Shown: positions 9,691 to 20,509, counted from the first letter of the stretch. The stretch: 64,000 nt of DNA from Steroidobacter flavus (GCF_042651805.1 NZ_JBHSDU010000003.1:3461459-3525458), one strand, 5' to 3'. The notes: generated by a model not told the origin, from the letters alone. A program made the numbers and translations.

Positions 9691-9773
9691 GAAAAATATC
9701 CAACCTGCGCTGTCGGAACCGCGCCGGGTCACTCGTCCTTGGGCCAATAGTGGCGAAGGACGAGGAGACGTTA

Positions 9774-10499
9774 ATGGCCCAGGCACAGACAAAGACAGCG
9801 ACTCCCCTGATTCCGGCCGTCGAGCTCGCGGCCCGGAACAACATCAGCTTTCCGAATGAGAGCGCCGAATACCGCCGTGCGCGCAACGCATTGCTTGCCG
9901 AGGAGATCGAGCTGCGCCGTCACATCGAGCGCGTAGCGGAAATGCGCCGTGCGCTGCCGCTGGGCGGCGAGGTGAAAAAGAACTACCAGTTCCAAAGCGA
10001 GCGCGGCCCGGTGACGTTCGCCGACTTGTTCGGCGATAAGCAGACGCTGCTTGTTTACAGCTATATGTATGGACCGGAGCGCGCCCGGCCGTGTCCGATG
10101 TGTACTTCGTTGCTCAGCTCATGGGACGGCGAGGCACAAGACATCGAGCAGAACATCGCGCTCGCGGTCGTTGCGCAGTCGCCGATCGAGCGCCTGGTTG
10201 CATTCAAGAAAGAGCGCGGCTGGCGCAATCTCAAGCTCTACTCGGACACGAGCCGCGAATACAGCGTCGACTATCTGGCCAACACGCCCGAGTTCGCCGA
10301 TACCGCCGCGGTCAATGTATTCACGAAGCGCGACGGCGTCATTCGTCACTTCTGGGCGGGTGAGATGGGCTTCGAGCAAGCCGACCCCGGCCAGGACCCG
10401 CGCGGCGCGCCCGATCTCATGCCGATCTGGACCGTGCTCGACTGCACACCGGAAGGTCGCAAGGCCGACTGGTACCCGAGTCTCGAGTATCCGCGCTAA
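9774..10499 (+). CDS. DUF899 thioredoxin-fold protein
   Basis: 'LLVYSYMYGPERARPCPMCTSLLSSWDG' with the C-x-x-C-like 'CPMC'. GGAGGA-like RBS before the ATG near 9774. The ORF-track start at 9561 (GTG) lies inside the repeat array and is rejected. My manual count is +/-1 nt here. Confidence 0.6.
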   Translation: MAQAQTKTATPLIPAVELAARNNISFPNESAEYRRARNALLAEEIELRRHIERVAEMRRALPLGGEVKKNYQFQSERGPVTFADLFGDKQTLLVYSYMYGPERARPCPMCTSLLSSWDGEAQDIEQNIALAVVAQSPIERLVAFKKERGWRNLKLYSDTSREYSVDYLANTPEFADTAAVNVFTKRDGVIRHFWAGEMGFEQADPGQDPRGAPDLMPIWTVLDCTPEGRKADWYPSLEYPR

Positions 10500-11644
10500 C
10501 TCAGCAGCCTGCGCGATGCGAGGTTGCGCATCAGGTCTGTGACACCGAAGGTCCAGGGAGGGACCCGGTCGCAGGTCGTGACTTTGTTGACCAGCGTGCC
10601 GAGCTTCTGCGAGGTGACGCGCACGACGTCGCCGACCTTGTGAGTAAAGCCGCGGCCCACCGTGTCGCGGTCCTGCGTCGGAGCGAACATCGTGCCGAGG
10701 AACAGCGCGAAGCCGTCCGGATAATCGTGATAGCTGAGGGTCTGTCGCACCAGCTCCAGCGGATCGCGACTGATCAACGACATGGAGCTGTCGCCATACA
10801 GCTGGAAGTTGTCCTCACCCAGCACTTCGAGTGAAACGACCGCTTTGCGCGCGTCGTCGATGCTGAAGGTGTCGTCAAACATTCGAATGAACGGACCGAT
10901 GGCGCATGAGCCGGTGTTGTCCTTGGCTTTGCCGAGCAGCAACGCGCTGCGCCCTTCGATATCCCGCAAATTCACATCGTTGCCGAGCGTCACGCCCAAG
11001 GTCCGGCCGCGGCGATCGCAGGCGAGCACGATTTCCGGCTCGGGATTGTTCCAATGCGAATCGGGCCGGATGCCGATCCAGTCGCCCCAGCCCATGGACG
11101 ACAGCAGCGGCGACTTGGTGAACACCTCGGCGTCGGGGCCGATGGCCACTTCCAGATATTGCGACCACAAGTTGTCGGCGATCAGCGCGGCTTTCAAACG
11201 AGCGGCGGCATCGGTGCCCGGCTGCACCGAGCGAATATCCGCGCCGACGCGTTGACTCAGCGCCGAACGGATCGAATGAGCCTGATCCGCATTGCCTCGC
11301 GCTCTTTCCTCGATCACGCGCTCGACCGCCGAGATCGCGAAGGTCACGCCGCAGGCCTTGATACATTGCAGATCGAAGGGGGCGAGCAGTCGAACTGCCG
11401 GGGTCCTTTCGTAAGCTCGGTCGATCGATAATTCTTCCAAGGGACCGAGGTCTTCGCCGGCCGGTGGGCTGCCTTGCCATTGGCTCAAGAGTTCTGAGAC
11501 CGTGGCGGCGTGGCGCGAAACGTCGCGAACCCGGCCGCCAGTGATTACGACCGGGGTCGGGCCGTCTTGGAGTTGCAGTCGGCCGACCAGGGTGGCCGAG
11601 CGCCAGTCGCGGGGCAGGTCGGAAATCAGGGCAGGGGCGGTCAT
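10496..11644 (-). CDS. Fumarylacetoacetate-hydrolase (FAH) family protein, 382 aa
   Basis: C-terminal 'GTPAGV'-type FAH fold motifs ('GVTLGNDVNLRD', 'GDVVRV'). Confidence 0.55.
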   Translation of the reverse strand: MTAPALISDLPRDWRSATLVGRLQLQDGPTPVVITGGRVRDVSRHAATVSELLSQWQGSPPAGEDLGPLEELSIDRAYERTPAVRLLAPFDLQCIKACGVTFAISAVERVIEERARGNADQAHSIRSALSQRVGADIRSVQPGTDAAARLKAALIADNLWSQYLEVAIGPDAEVFTKSPLLSSMGWGDWIGIRPDSHWNNPEPEIVLACDRRGRTLGVTLGNDVNLRDIEGRSALLLGKAKDNTGSCAIGPFIRMFDDTFSIDDARKAVVSLEVLGEDNFQLYGDSSMSLISRDPLELVRQTLSYHDYPDGFALFLGTMFAPTQDRDTVGRGFTHKVGDVVRVTSQKLGTLVNKVTTCDRVPPWTFGVTDLMRNLASRRLLS

Positions 11645-11715
11645 GCGACCTCCGTTAGCGCAGCTTCAGGGACTGATATATTATAATCACGATCTGATAT
11701 ACGAAGTGAAACCCC

Positions 11716-12741
11716 ATGCCGGCCCGTGTTCAAGACCGCATCAGCCTACTGGGCTTTGGCAGTGCTGCCATCGGGAATCTGTACCGCCCGGTGACCGACG
11801 AACTGGCGTTCGCCACCGTCCAGACCGCGTTGACCGAAGGCGTTCTCTATATAGATACCGCGCCTCACTACGGCTTCGGGCTGAGCGAAAAGCGGCTCGG
11901 CGCCGCGCTCGCCGAGCTCGATCCGCGTCGGCGGGTGGTGATTTCGACCAAGGTGGGACGACGGCTCGATCCGCGGCCGGACGCCGATCTGAGCCAGGTG
12001 CGACAGGGGTTTGTCTCGCCCGAGCCCTTCGAAAGCGTGTTCGACTACAGCTACGACGCGGTCATGCGCTCTTATGAAGAGAGTCGTGCTCGCCTGCGCC
12101 GGGACATCGATGTTCTCTATGTCCATGATCTCGGGCGCTACGCCCATGGGGACAAGCACCCGAAACTGTTTGCCGAATTCATGGAGGGCGGCTATCGCGC
12201 GCTCCGGAAGCTGCGCGATGGCGGGGCGGTGAAGGCTATCGGGCTCGGCGTCAACGAGTGGCAAGTGTGCGAAGAGGCGCTGGCGCATGGCGACTTTGAC
12301 ATCATGCTGCTCGCCGGCCGTTACACCCTGCTCGAACAACGGGCACTCGAGACCTTTCTGCCGTTGTGTAAGCAGCGAAAGGTCTCAATCGTGGTCGGAG
12401 GCCCGTACAATTCCGGAATTCTTGCCCATGACGGGCGCAATGGAACGCGGAGGACGGGCCCCTTGATGTACGAGTATCAGCCGGCGCCGCCGGACATCGT
12501 CGCTCGGGTGTCGGCCATCGAAGCCGTTTGCGCTCGTCACGATGTACCGCTGGCCGCGGCCGCGCTGCAGTTTCCGCTGGCCCATCCGCAAGTGATTTCG
12601 GTGATTCCGGGCATGGGCAATCCGGATGAGGTGCACAGAGCGAAGGAGTGGCTGACGCTGCCGATTCCCGGCGCCTTCTGGGCCGAGTTGCGCGCTCAAG
12701 GACTGGTTCGACCCGATGCTCCGTTGCCGGTGACCGAATGA
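11716..12741 (+). CDS. Aldo/keto reductase, D-threo-aldose / L-fucose 1-dehydrogenase-like
   Basis: '[12 protein letters not shown]...[22 protein letters not shown]' is the AKR signature. Same strand as the downstream lactate dehydrogenase. Confidence 0.65.
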   Translation: MPARVQDRISLLGFGSAAIGNLYRPVTDELAFATVQTALTEGVLYIDTAPHYGFGLSEKRLGAALAELDPRRRVVISTKVGRRLDPRPDADLSQVRQGFVSPEPFESVFDYSYDAVMRSYEESRARLRRDIDVLYVHDLGRYAHGDKHPKLFAEFMEGGYRALRKLRDGGAVKAIGLGVNEWQVCEEALAHGDFDIMLLAGRYTLLEQRALETFLPLCKQRKVSIVVGGPYNSGILAHDGRNGTRRTGPLMYEYQPAPPDIVARVSAIEAVCARHDVPLAAAALQFPLAHPQVISVIPGMGNPDEVHRAKEWLTLPIPGAFWAELRAQGLVRPDAPLPVTE

Positions 12742-13868
12742 TTCTCGCTTCGACCAAAGATTTCCGCCGGGCCGCCCAAAGTCGTCTGCCGCGTTTTCTG
12801 TTCGACTACATCGATGGGGGCGCCTACGACGAGCGCACCCTGGAGAAAAACGTCAGCGATCTGACCGAGATCGCGCTTCGGCAACGGGTGTTGCGCGATG
12901 TTTCCAAGATCGATCTGAGCACGACCCTGTTCGGTCGCAAGCTGTCGATGCCGGTGGTGCTCGGGCCGATCGGCATCTCGGGCATGTCCGCTCGACGCGG
13001 TGAGGTGCAGGCCGCTCAGGCCGCGTGCAATGCCGGCGTGCCGTTCACACTCTCGACGGTCTCGATCTGCTCGATCGAAGAAGTCGCGAAGAATTGTCCG
13101 GCGCCGATCTGGTATCAGCTGTATGTGATCAAAGACCGCGGCTTCATGCGCGAGATGTTGTCGCGGGCCAAGGCGGTTGGCGCGCAGGCCCTCGTGTTCA
13201 CCGTCGACATGCCGGTGCCCGGCGCTCGTTATCGCGATGCTCATTCGGGCATGTCTGGCCGCGGTGCGCCGCTGCGTCGAGTGTTACAAGCGATGGGCAG
13301 GCCGCAGTGGTCTTGGGATGTGGGCGTACATGGTCGGCCGCATTCGCTGGGCAATCTCAAATCCGTGTTGGGCACCAAGAGCGGGCTCGGCGATTACATG
13401 GGCTGGCTGGGTGCGAACTTCGATCCCAGCATTCGCTGGGCCGATCTGGATTGGCTGCGACAGGAGTGGCAGGGGCCGCTCATCATCAAAGGCATTCTGG
13501 ATCCGGAGGATGCGATCTCCGCTGCAAACATCGGGGCCGACGGCATCGTTGTTTCCAATCACGGCGGCCGTCAGCTCGACGGCGTGTTGTCATCGGCGCG
13601 GGCGCTGCCGGCAATTGCCGACGCGGTGAAAGGCAAGCTGACGATTCTCGCCGACTCGGGTGTGAGATCGGGCCTCGATGTGGTTCGTCTCATGGCCTTG
13701 GGCGCCGAGGGTGTCATGTTGGGCCGCGCCTGGGTATTCGCGCTGGCCGCGAATGGCGGCGCCGGTGTCAGTCAGTTGCTGGAGATTTTTGCGAAGGAAA
13801 TGCGAGTCGCGATGGCGTTGACCGCCGTCTGCAATGTGAGCGAAATCGATCGCTCGATTCTCGCCTGA
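12738..13868 (+). CDS. lldD: FMN-dependent L-lactate / alpha-hydroxy-acid dehydrogenase (LldD family)
   Basis: '[32 protein letters not shown]' is the canonical LldD N-terminus. Start ATGA-overlaps the AKR stop; the track's 12648 start is in-frame but upstream of the conserved N-terminus. Confidence 0.75.
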   Translation: MILASTKDFRRAAQSRLPRFLFDYIDGGAYDERTLEKNVSDLTEIALRQRVLRDVSKIDLSTTLFGRKLSMPVVLGPIGISGMSARRGEVQAAQAACNAGVPFTLSTVSICSIEEVAKNCPAPIWYQLYVIKDRGFMREMLSRAKAVGAQALVFTVDMPVPGARYRDAHSGMSGRGAPLRRVLQAMGRPQWSWDVGVHGRPHSLGNLKSVLGTKSGLGDYMGWLGANFDPSIRWADLDWLRQEWQGPLIIKGILDPEDAISAANIGADGIVVSNHGGRQLDGVLSSARALPAIADAVKGKLTILADSGVRSGLDVVRLMALGAEGVMLGRAWVFALAANGGAGVSQLLEIFAKEMRVAMALTAVCNVSEIDRSILA

Positions 13869-13881
13869 CAAGGAGGCCGCC

Positions 13882-14853
13882 ATGTCTCGTCCGACTCTGC
13901 TCATTACCCGTCGATTGCCGGCTTCGGTGCTGGAGCGGCTGCGCGCCAGCTATGAAGTGACCGTGAATCCCGACGATCGCCCGCTCGGGCGCGAAGCGTT
14001 GCTGATGGCGCTGCGAAGCTTCGACGCGCTGTCGCCGACGATCACGGACAAGCTGGATGCGGCGTTGTTACTCAACTCAGGATTGAGAACGCGCATCATC
14101 GCGAACTTCGGCGCGGGCTTCGAGCACATCGATCTGGAGGCTGCGAAGAAAGCGAACTTGATCGTTACCAACACGCCCGATGCGCTCACCGATGCGACCG
14201 CGGAGCTGACCGTTCTTCTGATCCTGATGGCGAGCCGTCGTGCCGGTGAGGGTGAGCGGTTGTTACGTGAAGGCAAGTGGACCGGCTGGGCGCCGACCCA
14301 ATTGCTCGGCATGGATGTGAAGGGCAAGACCCTGGGCCTGATCGGTTTCGGTCGTATCGCCAAGGAAGCGGCGCGTCGTGCTCGGGCTGCGCTGGGCATG
14401 CGCATCGCTTATCACTCGCGCAGTCGGGCCAGTGCCGAAGAAGAAAGTGCGCTCGGCGCCGAGCATCATGCGACGCTGGAGAGTTTGCTCGCCGCATCTG
14501 ACGTAGTGTCGCTGCATTGTCCGGGCGGGGCGGCCACGCGCCACTTGATCAACTCGAACACGTTGTCGCGAATGAAGTCGACGGCGATTCTGATCAACAC
14601 GGCTCGAGGCAGCGTGGTCGACGAGGACGCGTTGGCGACGGCGCTTGCGCAACGACAGATCGCCGCGGCCGGCCTCGATGTGTATGAGCGCGAGCCGGCG
14701 GTGTCACCGGCACTGCAAGAGTTGGAAAACGTCGTCCTGCTGCCGCATTTGGGAAGCGCAACGCTGGAAGCGCGTACTGCCATGGGCATGCAAATGGCCG
14801 ACAATCTGGACAGCTTTTTCGCCGGCCGAACGCCACCGAACCGTGTCGCCTGA
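13882..14853 (+). CDS. D-isomer-specific 2-hydroxyacid dehydrogenase (glyoxylate/hydroxypyruvate reductase GhrB-like)
   Basis: 'GLIGFGRIAKEAARRA' NAD-binding Rossmann motif; 323 aa. Confidence 0.75.
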   Translation: MSRPTLLITRRLPASVLERLRASYEVTVNPDDRPLGREALLMALRSFDALSPTITDKLDAALLLNSGLRTRIIANFGAGFEHIDLEAAKKANLIVTNTPDALTDATAELTVLLILMASRRAGEGERLLREGKWTGWAPTQLLGMDVKGKTLGLIGFGRIAKEAARRARAALGMRIAYHSRSRASAEEESALGAEHHATLESLLAASDVVSLHCPGGAATRHLINSNTLSRMKSTAILINTARGSVVDEDALATALAQRQIAAAGLDVYEREPAVSPALQELENVVLLPHLGSATLEARTAMGMQMADNLDSFFAGRTPPNRVA

Positions 14854-15682
14854 ATCGCAGTCCGCCGCTGACATCATCGCACATGCCATAGGCGCGCGGC
14901 TTGCCGCGCCATCGAAACGTCCGCTCGTCGTCGGGGTGTGCGGCAGTCAGGGCAGCGGCAAGAGCACGGTTTGCCAGACGCTGACGACCCGCTTCACGCA
15001 GGCGGGCCTCAAAGTCGCGAATCTTTCTCTCGATGATTTGTATTTGCCGCTCGCAGAGCGAGTCACGCTGGCGAGGCACGTGCATCCATTGCTTCGCACC
15101 CGCGGCGTGCCCGGCACGCACGATACGAAGCTGGGCGTTCACACGTTGAATGCGCTCGCGCATGGCGGACCAGTGCCGCTGCCTCGCTTCGACAAGTCCA
15201 TCGACGATCGTCGCCCCAAGGCCCAGTGGGATTCAGTCGCAGGGCCGGCGCAGCTGGTGTTCTTCGAAGGCTGGTGCGTGGGCGCGCGGCCGCAATCGCT
15301 CGGGCCGTTGGATCAACCCGTGAATGCGCTCGAAGCGAATGAGGATGTCGATGGCCGGTGGCGTCGATATGTGAACGACGCGCTCGGCGGCGAGTATCAG
15401 CGGCTGTTTGGAAAGATCGACTTTCTGGTGCTGCTCGCGGCGCCGTCGTTCGACGTGGTGTTGAAGTGGCGCACTCAGCAGGAGCACGAGCTGCGCGAGC
15501 AGTCAGGAAACAAATCCGGTGTGATGACGGATGCGGAGCTGGCGCGCTTCATCCAGCACTACGAGCGTCTGACTCGTCACATCCTGATCGAGATGCCGGG
15601 CCGCGCCGATCTGGTGATTCGTCTGTCACCCGAGCGTGCCGTGCTCAGCCGGCACTCAAACCATGCCGAGAATCCGCTGTAG
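14843..15682 (+). CDS. P-loop kinase, D-glycerate 3-kinase (GLYK/PRK-like) family
   Basis: Walker A 'GVCGSQGSGKST'; 'VFFEGWCVG'. No ATG upstream of the P-loop, so GTG at ~14843 is assumed, overlapping the previous gene by 11 nt. Confidence 0.55.
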   Translation: MSPESQSAADIIAHAIGARLAAPSKRPLVVGVCGSQGSGKSTVCQTLTTRFTQAGLKVANLSLDDLYLPLAERVTLARHVHPLLRTRGVPGTHDTKLGVHTLNALAHGGPVPLPRFDKSIDDRRPKAQWDSVAGPAQLVFFEGWCVGARPQSLGPLDQPVNALEANEDVDGRWRRYVNDALGGEYQRLFGKIDFLVLLAAPSFDVVLKWRTQQEHELREQSGNKSGVMTDAELARFIQHYERLTRHILIEMPGRADLVIRLSPERAVLSRHSNHAENPL

Positions 15683-16378
15683 CGCGGCTTGGAAGTGACG
15701 GCCCAGCGCCGCCTCGGCCAGATCGGCATCGCGCTTCTGACACGCTTCGAGAATTTCCATGTGCTCGCGTAGCGTGCGCAATGCCAGCGGCGCGGTGATG
15801 CGCCGATCCAGCTTGATCAGAATCAAATAATTCTTCAGCCGCCGCGCGGTAGTCTCGATCAACGGATTGCGCAGGCTCGCCACCATCTCGCCGTGTAGGC
15901 GATCTTCCAGGGATTGCAGGGGCGCCAGATGTTCAGGCAACAATCCCTTGGCGCCGATTTGCTCGATCAACGACTGGTGGTCGTGAACCAGCGAGGCGAT
16001 GGCGGCGGCATCGCCGTTCTCCGCATAAGTACGAGCCGCGGCGCGCTCGATGATGGAGCGGAATTGATAAGTACTGCGCGCGAGCTCCAGATCGGGCTTC
16101 AGGAACTCGATGCCGGCGCGCGGATGAATGGTCAACACGCCTTCCGCTTCGAGAATGCGCAAGGCATCGCGTAGGGGTTGCACTGGTACGCCGAGCATAC
16201 GAACCAGGTCGCTCTGCGACAGGAACGCGCCGGTCGGCACCTTGCGATTGAACAAGCCTTCGAGAATGGCCTGATAAGCCACTTCGCTCAGGCGGCGGCC
16301 ATCGGCTGTGGCTTCCACCTCTGAAGAGGCCTGGGGTGCAGGGCGCAGTTCCGCTTGCGGGGGTCGTCGGCTGGGCAT
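15656..16378 (-). CDS. GntR-family (FadR/FCD subfamily) transcriptional regulator
   Basis: 'LSEVAYQAILEGLFNRKVPTGAFLSQSDLVRMLGVPVQPLRDALRILEAEGVL' winged HTH plus FCD domain. Start taken at 'MPSRRPP' (16378). Confidence 0.75.
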   Translation of the reverse strand: MPSRRPPQAELRPAPQASSEVEATADGRRLSEVAYQAILEGLFNRKVPTGAFLSQSDLVRMLGVPVQPLRDALRILEAEGVLTIHPRAGIEFLKPDLELARSTYQFRSIIERAAARTYAENGDAAAIASLVHDHQSLIEQIGAKGLLPEHLAPLQSLEDRLHGEMVASLRNPLIETTARRLKNYLILIKLDRRITAPLALRTLREHMEILEACQKRDADLAEAALGRHFQAALQRILGMV

Positions 16379-16595
16379 GGCTGGATGATATATCACTGAG
16401 TTACGGGTTTTTCGCGCCGGCTGGCAACACTGCCCGCACATGCAAAATTTCCTGGCGCGGTCAGGGCTTGGAACGGACCTTCCTCCCGCGATTGACTGTA
16501 CAGATGATCCTATTGAAATCTTATTTTGTCGATGTAATATATCAGTCAATCGATTCGCGATATTAATACGCGACAACCGTATCGCAGTCTGGGGG

Positions 16596-19355
16596 ATGGC
16601 AATGGCACACGCGCATAAACGACGCTTTCGTCCGTACTTCTCTTCTTTGATCCCGGCGGCTTCGCTGGTCCTGGCTCACGGAGCCTTCGCTCAAGAAGCC
16701 GCGCCCGCGGCCGAACCTGCCGCGCAGAACACCGGCAGCTCGGAAGGGGGCCTCGAAGAAATCGTGGTCACCGGTCTGCGCAGCAGCTTGCAGCAGTCGG
16801 TGGAGATCAAGCGCACGGCCATCGGCTCGGTCGATGCCATCGCAACCGAAGATCTGGGCAAGTTGCCGGATCAAAACGTCGCCGAGTCCCTGCAGCGTAT
16901 CAACGGCGTGACCATCGAGCGTAATCGCGGCGACGGTCAGTTCATCTCGGTGCGCGGCCTCGGTCCGCAATTCAACGTCGTCACATTGAACGGCCGCACG
17001 CTCGCCACCGAAAACGTCGGTCGCGAATTCAGCTTCGACGTGTTGCCGTCCGAGCTGATCTCCGGCGCCAATGTTTACAAGAGCCCGCAGGCCAACTTGA
17101 ACGGCGCCAGCATCGGCGCGACCGTGGACATCAAGACGGTCCGGCCGCTGGAAGGCGATGGGTTCTCGGCCGGCGGTCAGCTGCGCACGATTTATAACGA
17201 CCTCGCCGACGACTACGGTCCGTCCGCTTCGGGTCTGTTGAGCTTCCACAACGACGCCGGCGACTTCGGCGTGGCGCTGGTGGCCTCTTATGAGAAGCGC
17301 GATCTGCGCGATGACGAATTCACCATCGGCGCCGGCCATGTGAAGCGCGGCAGCGTGTCGCCGACCGATTATTTCTACAACCGCACCGGCCCGAACGTTG
17401 CGCCGTTCAGCAACGTCGATATGCCTTCGAACCTGTCGCCGTTCTTCGTGCTGAGCGAGCGCGAACGCACCGGCGTGAACCTGACCGTTCAATACAAGCC
17501 CGCCGACGAAGTGACCATGAGCCTGGACGGTTTCTACTCCAAGCTCGATCAGATGGATCACAGCACGGGCCTGGCCTATGACTTCAGCGGCGGCACGCTG
17601 GTGGAGCAGGTCGTCCAGGGCAACAAGGCCGTGTATCAGAAAATCGAGAACGGCTTCGTCGATCAGATCGTGACGCGCGCACCGCGCCTCACCGAAACCA
17701 AGCTGATCGGCTACAACATCGCATGGACGCCGGGCGACTTCCGCCTCGCGTTCGACGCATCGGCGTCCGAAGCTACGCGCGAAGGCAAAGAAGACAATTA
17801 CTTCTCGACCATCCGCCGCACCGGCATGACGCTCGAATACGATCGTCGTAACGGCAGCCAGATCTACGATTACAGCTTCTCCAATCCGAACTACGCCAAC
17901 GCCGCGACCGATCTGAGTCACATCGGTGCGCACTACGAGAACGACGGCGGCTCGGACTACAAGGACGAGACCAAAGAGTTCCGCCTCGATGGCTCCTGGG
18001 ATGCGGGCACGGGCGTCGCGCTGTATGCCGGCATCGGCCGCGAAGAGCGTGACAAGACGATCGATACGATCAGCATGCCGTTCTCCTCGCAGTGTGCGTT
18101 CTGCGGCGGCGGTGTGTACGTGCCTATGCCGTCGAGCATTTTCCGCCCGACCAACATGGATTTCTTCTCCTCGCACAGCGGTAACGCGGTTCGCGACTGG
18201 GTGGATTACGACCCGCGCGTGCTCGTGAATGCGTTGCGTAACTATGTGCCGACGCCGGCGCAGCTGGCGGCCGGCTGGGTGGGCTACGTCGATCCGACGT
18301 TCGATCCGGCGCAGAGTTCGGTGGTCAGCGAAGACGTGAACCTCGCGTACTTCATGGTCGAGTTCAAAGGCGAGCTCGGCAGCCTGCCGTACTCGATCAA
18401 CGCCGGCCTGCGTTATGAGCAGACCAAATTCACCTCCTCCGGCGCCGCTCAGACCTTGATCAGCGCTGTGCCGAACGGCTTGGGTCAGAACATAATCACG
18501 CTGTCGCCGGTGGTGCCGATCAGCTTCGACGGCGACTACCATGACTTCCTGCCGTCGTTGAACGTCAAGCTCGATCTCACCGACGACCTGGTGGCGCGCT
18601 TCTCGGCGTCGAAGGTGATGACGCGTCCGACGCTGTCGGATCTGTCGCCGGCGCAGACGATTCTCAGCAACCCGGGCAACGAGACCATCAATCGCGGCAA
18701 TCCGGATCTCGATCCGTTCCGCGCCAAGCAGTTCGAAGTGGGCTTGGAGTGGTACTTCGCCGACCTGAGCGTGTTGTCGGGCGCGGCGTTCTACAAGGAC
18801 ATCGAGTCGTTCGTCGCCGATGCGACCACGCCGCAGCTGGTCGATCAGGTGGTGTTCCAGGTCACGCAGCCCGAGAACGGCAAGGGCGCCAAGGTGAAGG
18901 GCCTGGAGTTCGGTTATCAGCAGGTGTTCGACATGCTGCCGGCGCCGTTCGATGGCTTCGGCGTGCAGGCCAACTACACCTATGTGGAGAGCGATGCTTC
19001 GTACACCAACGTGGTGTCGGGCGCTTCGTTCGGCCTGCAGGGCCTGTCGCGCAACTCTTATAACTTCGTCGGCTTCTACGAGAAAGATCGGATCCAGGCA
19101 CGACTCGCTTACACCTTCCGCGAGAACTTCCTGCAGGTGGCCAGCGGACGCAACGGCGATCCGGAATATTTCGACGACTACGGCCAGCTCGACGCCAGCT
19201 TCGGCTTCAAGGTCACGGATGCCATCACCGTGTCCCTCGAGGGCATCAATCTGAACGACGAGAAAGAGTTCATCTACTCGACGACAGCCGATCGCACGAA
19301 GGAATACCGCACGACCGGCCGCCGCTACATCCTGGGTGTGCGGACCACGTTCTGA
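16596..19355 (+). CDS. TonB-dependent outer-membrane receptor
   Basis: Signal peptide; TonB box/plug region 'EEIVVTGLR...DAIATEDLGKLPDQNVAESLQRINGV'; C-terminal 'RYILGVRTTF' ending in Phe. Confidence 0.9.
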   Translation: MAMAHAHKRRFRPYFSSLIPAASLVLAHGAFAQEAAPAAEPAAQNTGSSEGGLEEIVVTGLRSSLQQSVEIKRTAIGSVDAIATEDLGKLPDQNVAESLQRINGVTIERNRGDGQFISVRGLGPQFNVVTLNGRTLATENVGREFSFDVLPSELISGANVYKSPQANLNGASIGATVDIKTVRPLEGDGFSAGGQLRTIYNDLADDYGPSASGLLSFHNDAGDFGVALVASYEKRDLRDDEFTIGAGHVKRGSVSPTDYFYNRTGPNVAPFSNVDMPSNLSPFFVLSERERTGVNLTVQYKPADEVTMSLDGFYSKLDQMDHSTGLAYDFSGGTLVEQVVQGNKAVYQKIENGFVDQIVTRAPRLTETKLIGYNIAWTPGDFRLAFDASASEATREGKEDNYFSTIRRTGMTLEYDRRNGSQIYDYSFSNPNYANAATDLSHIGAHYENDGGSDYKDETKEFRLDGSWDAGTGVALYAGIGREERDKTIDTISMPFSSQCAFCGGGVYVPMPSSIFRPTNMDFFSSHSGNAVRDWVDYDPRVLVNALRNYVPTPAQLAAGWVGYVDPTFDPAQSSVVSEDVNLAYFMVEFKGELGSLPYSINAGLRYEQTKFTSSGAAQTLISAVPNGLGQNIITLSPVVPISFDGDYHDFLPSLNVKLDLTDDLVARFSASKVMTRPTLSDLSPAQTILSNPGNETINRGNPDLDPFRAKQFEVGLEWYFADLSVLSGAAFYKDIESFVADATTPQLVDQVVFQVTQPENGKGAKVKGLEFGYQQVFDMLPAPFDGFGVQANYTYVESDASYTNVVSGASFGLQGLSRNSYNFVGFYEKDRIQARLAYTFRENFLQVASGRNGDPEYFDDYGQLDASFGFKVTDAITVSLEGINLNDEKEFIYSTTADRTKEYRTTGRRYILGVRTTF

Positions 19356-19363
19356 CGAGACGC

Positions 19364-20509
19364 ATGATGAACATTGTCGACTTCCGTATCACCCGCTTTC
19401 AGTTCGCCCGCGATCGCGTCATCGGCGACAGTCAGGTGCGCGCCGACGACGTGCACCTGGCGACGCTGGAGCTGATCGGCGAGCGAGGGGAGACCGGCCT
19501 TGGCTTCGTGCAGTCGTTGTTTCATCCGCTGCCGGCCGAAGCCGAGATCGAGCGGGTGTTTCGCGAGGAAGTCTGGCCGAAGCTGCAAGGTCGCAAGGTC
19601 GAGGCTGTCGCGCATGCCGTGCGTCGGCCGCGCGGCGGCAACATTCGCAAGCTGACGCTTCCTTTCGAGGAAGCGCTTCAGCACGCGGTTTGGGATCTGT
19701 TCGCGAAGTCGGTGAAGCTGCCGTTGTGGGAGCTGCTCGGGGCCGAGCGCCGTGACGTGCAGGCGTATGCGAGCGGCCTCGACTTCCATCTGTCCGATGA
19801 CGAATTCCAGAAGCTGTTCGCGCAGGCGGACGCGCAGGGATTCAAGGCCTTCAAGATCAAGGTCGGCCATCCGGACTTCGAGCGCGATCTGCATCGGCTC
19901 GCGTTGCTGAAGAAGGTCGTGCGCAAGGACGCATTGATCATGGTCGACGCCAACGAGGCCTGGCTGCCGAAGCAGGCGATTCGCAATCTGCTGACGATGC
20001 AGAAGGCGGGGCACGATATTTACTGGGTGGAAGATCCCATCCTGCGCGACGACTTCGCCGGCCTGAAGCTCATTCAAGACCAGTGCGGTCCGACGCTGGT
20101 GAACGCCGGCGAATATCTGGACGTGTCCGGCAAGCGCAAGCTGCTCGAGGCGCGAGTGTCCGATCTGCTCAACGTGCACGGTCATGTGACCGACGTGATG
20201 CGCATTGGCTGGCTCGCGGCCGACATGGGCGCGCGTATCACCATGGGCAACACGTTCCTCGAGCTGGGTGTGAATATGGCGCTCGCCTTGCCGGGCGTGG
20301 AGTGGGTGGAATACTCGTTCCAGAATTTCGAGCACCTGGTCGAGCAGCCGTATGAGATTCGCGATGGACGGATCTGGGGCTCGAACCAGCCCGGCCACGG
20401 ACTTGTCATCAGCGAGCTGGCCCGTCGCACCTGGCGCCGGCCGGACGTGCTGGCCCGCGCCGAGCTGGGGCATGTGCCGCCTCAGCAGCGCTTGCAACAC
20501 GTGGGGTAA
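19364..20509 (+). CDS. Enolase-superfamily (mandelate racemase subgroup) acid-sugar dehydratase, candidate L-fuconate dehydratase
   Basis: 'KIKVGHPD' K-x-K motif, 'VDANEAW', 'WVEDP' metal-ligand pattern. Confidence 0.6.
   Translation: MMNIVDFRITRFQFARDRVIGDSQVRADDVHLATLELIGERGETGLGFVQSLFHPLPAEAEIERVFREEVWPKLQGRKVEAVAHAVRRPRGGNIRKLTLPFEEALQHAVWDLFAKSVKLPLWELLGAERRDVQAYASGLDFHLSDDEFQKLFAQADAQGFKAFKIKVGHPDFERDLHRLALLKKVVRKDALIMVDANEAWLPKQAIRNLLTMQKAGHDIYWVEDPILRDDFAGLKLIQDQCGPTLVNAGEYLDVSGKRKLLEARVSDLLNVHGHVTDVMRIGWLAADMGARITMGNTFLELGVNMALALPGVEWVEYSFQNFEHLVEQPYEIRDGRIWGSNQPGHGLVISELARRTWRRPDVLARAELGHVPPQQRLQHVG

Noticed and set aside
9561-9773. GTG start at 9561 giving the DUF899 protein a triple 'RDMLALSRTAIEG' N-terminal repeat
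   Set aside because: The region is a DNA-level tandem/inverted repeat element. A GGAGGA-like RBS and an ATG at ~9774 precede the conserved domain.
16563-18542. 659-aa minus-strand ORF antisense to the TonB-dependent receptor
   Set aside because: Same shadow-ORF artefact; no motifs, biased Arg/Ala/Val composition.
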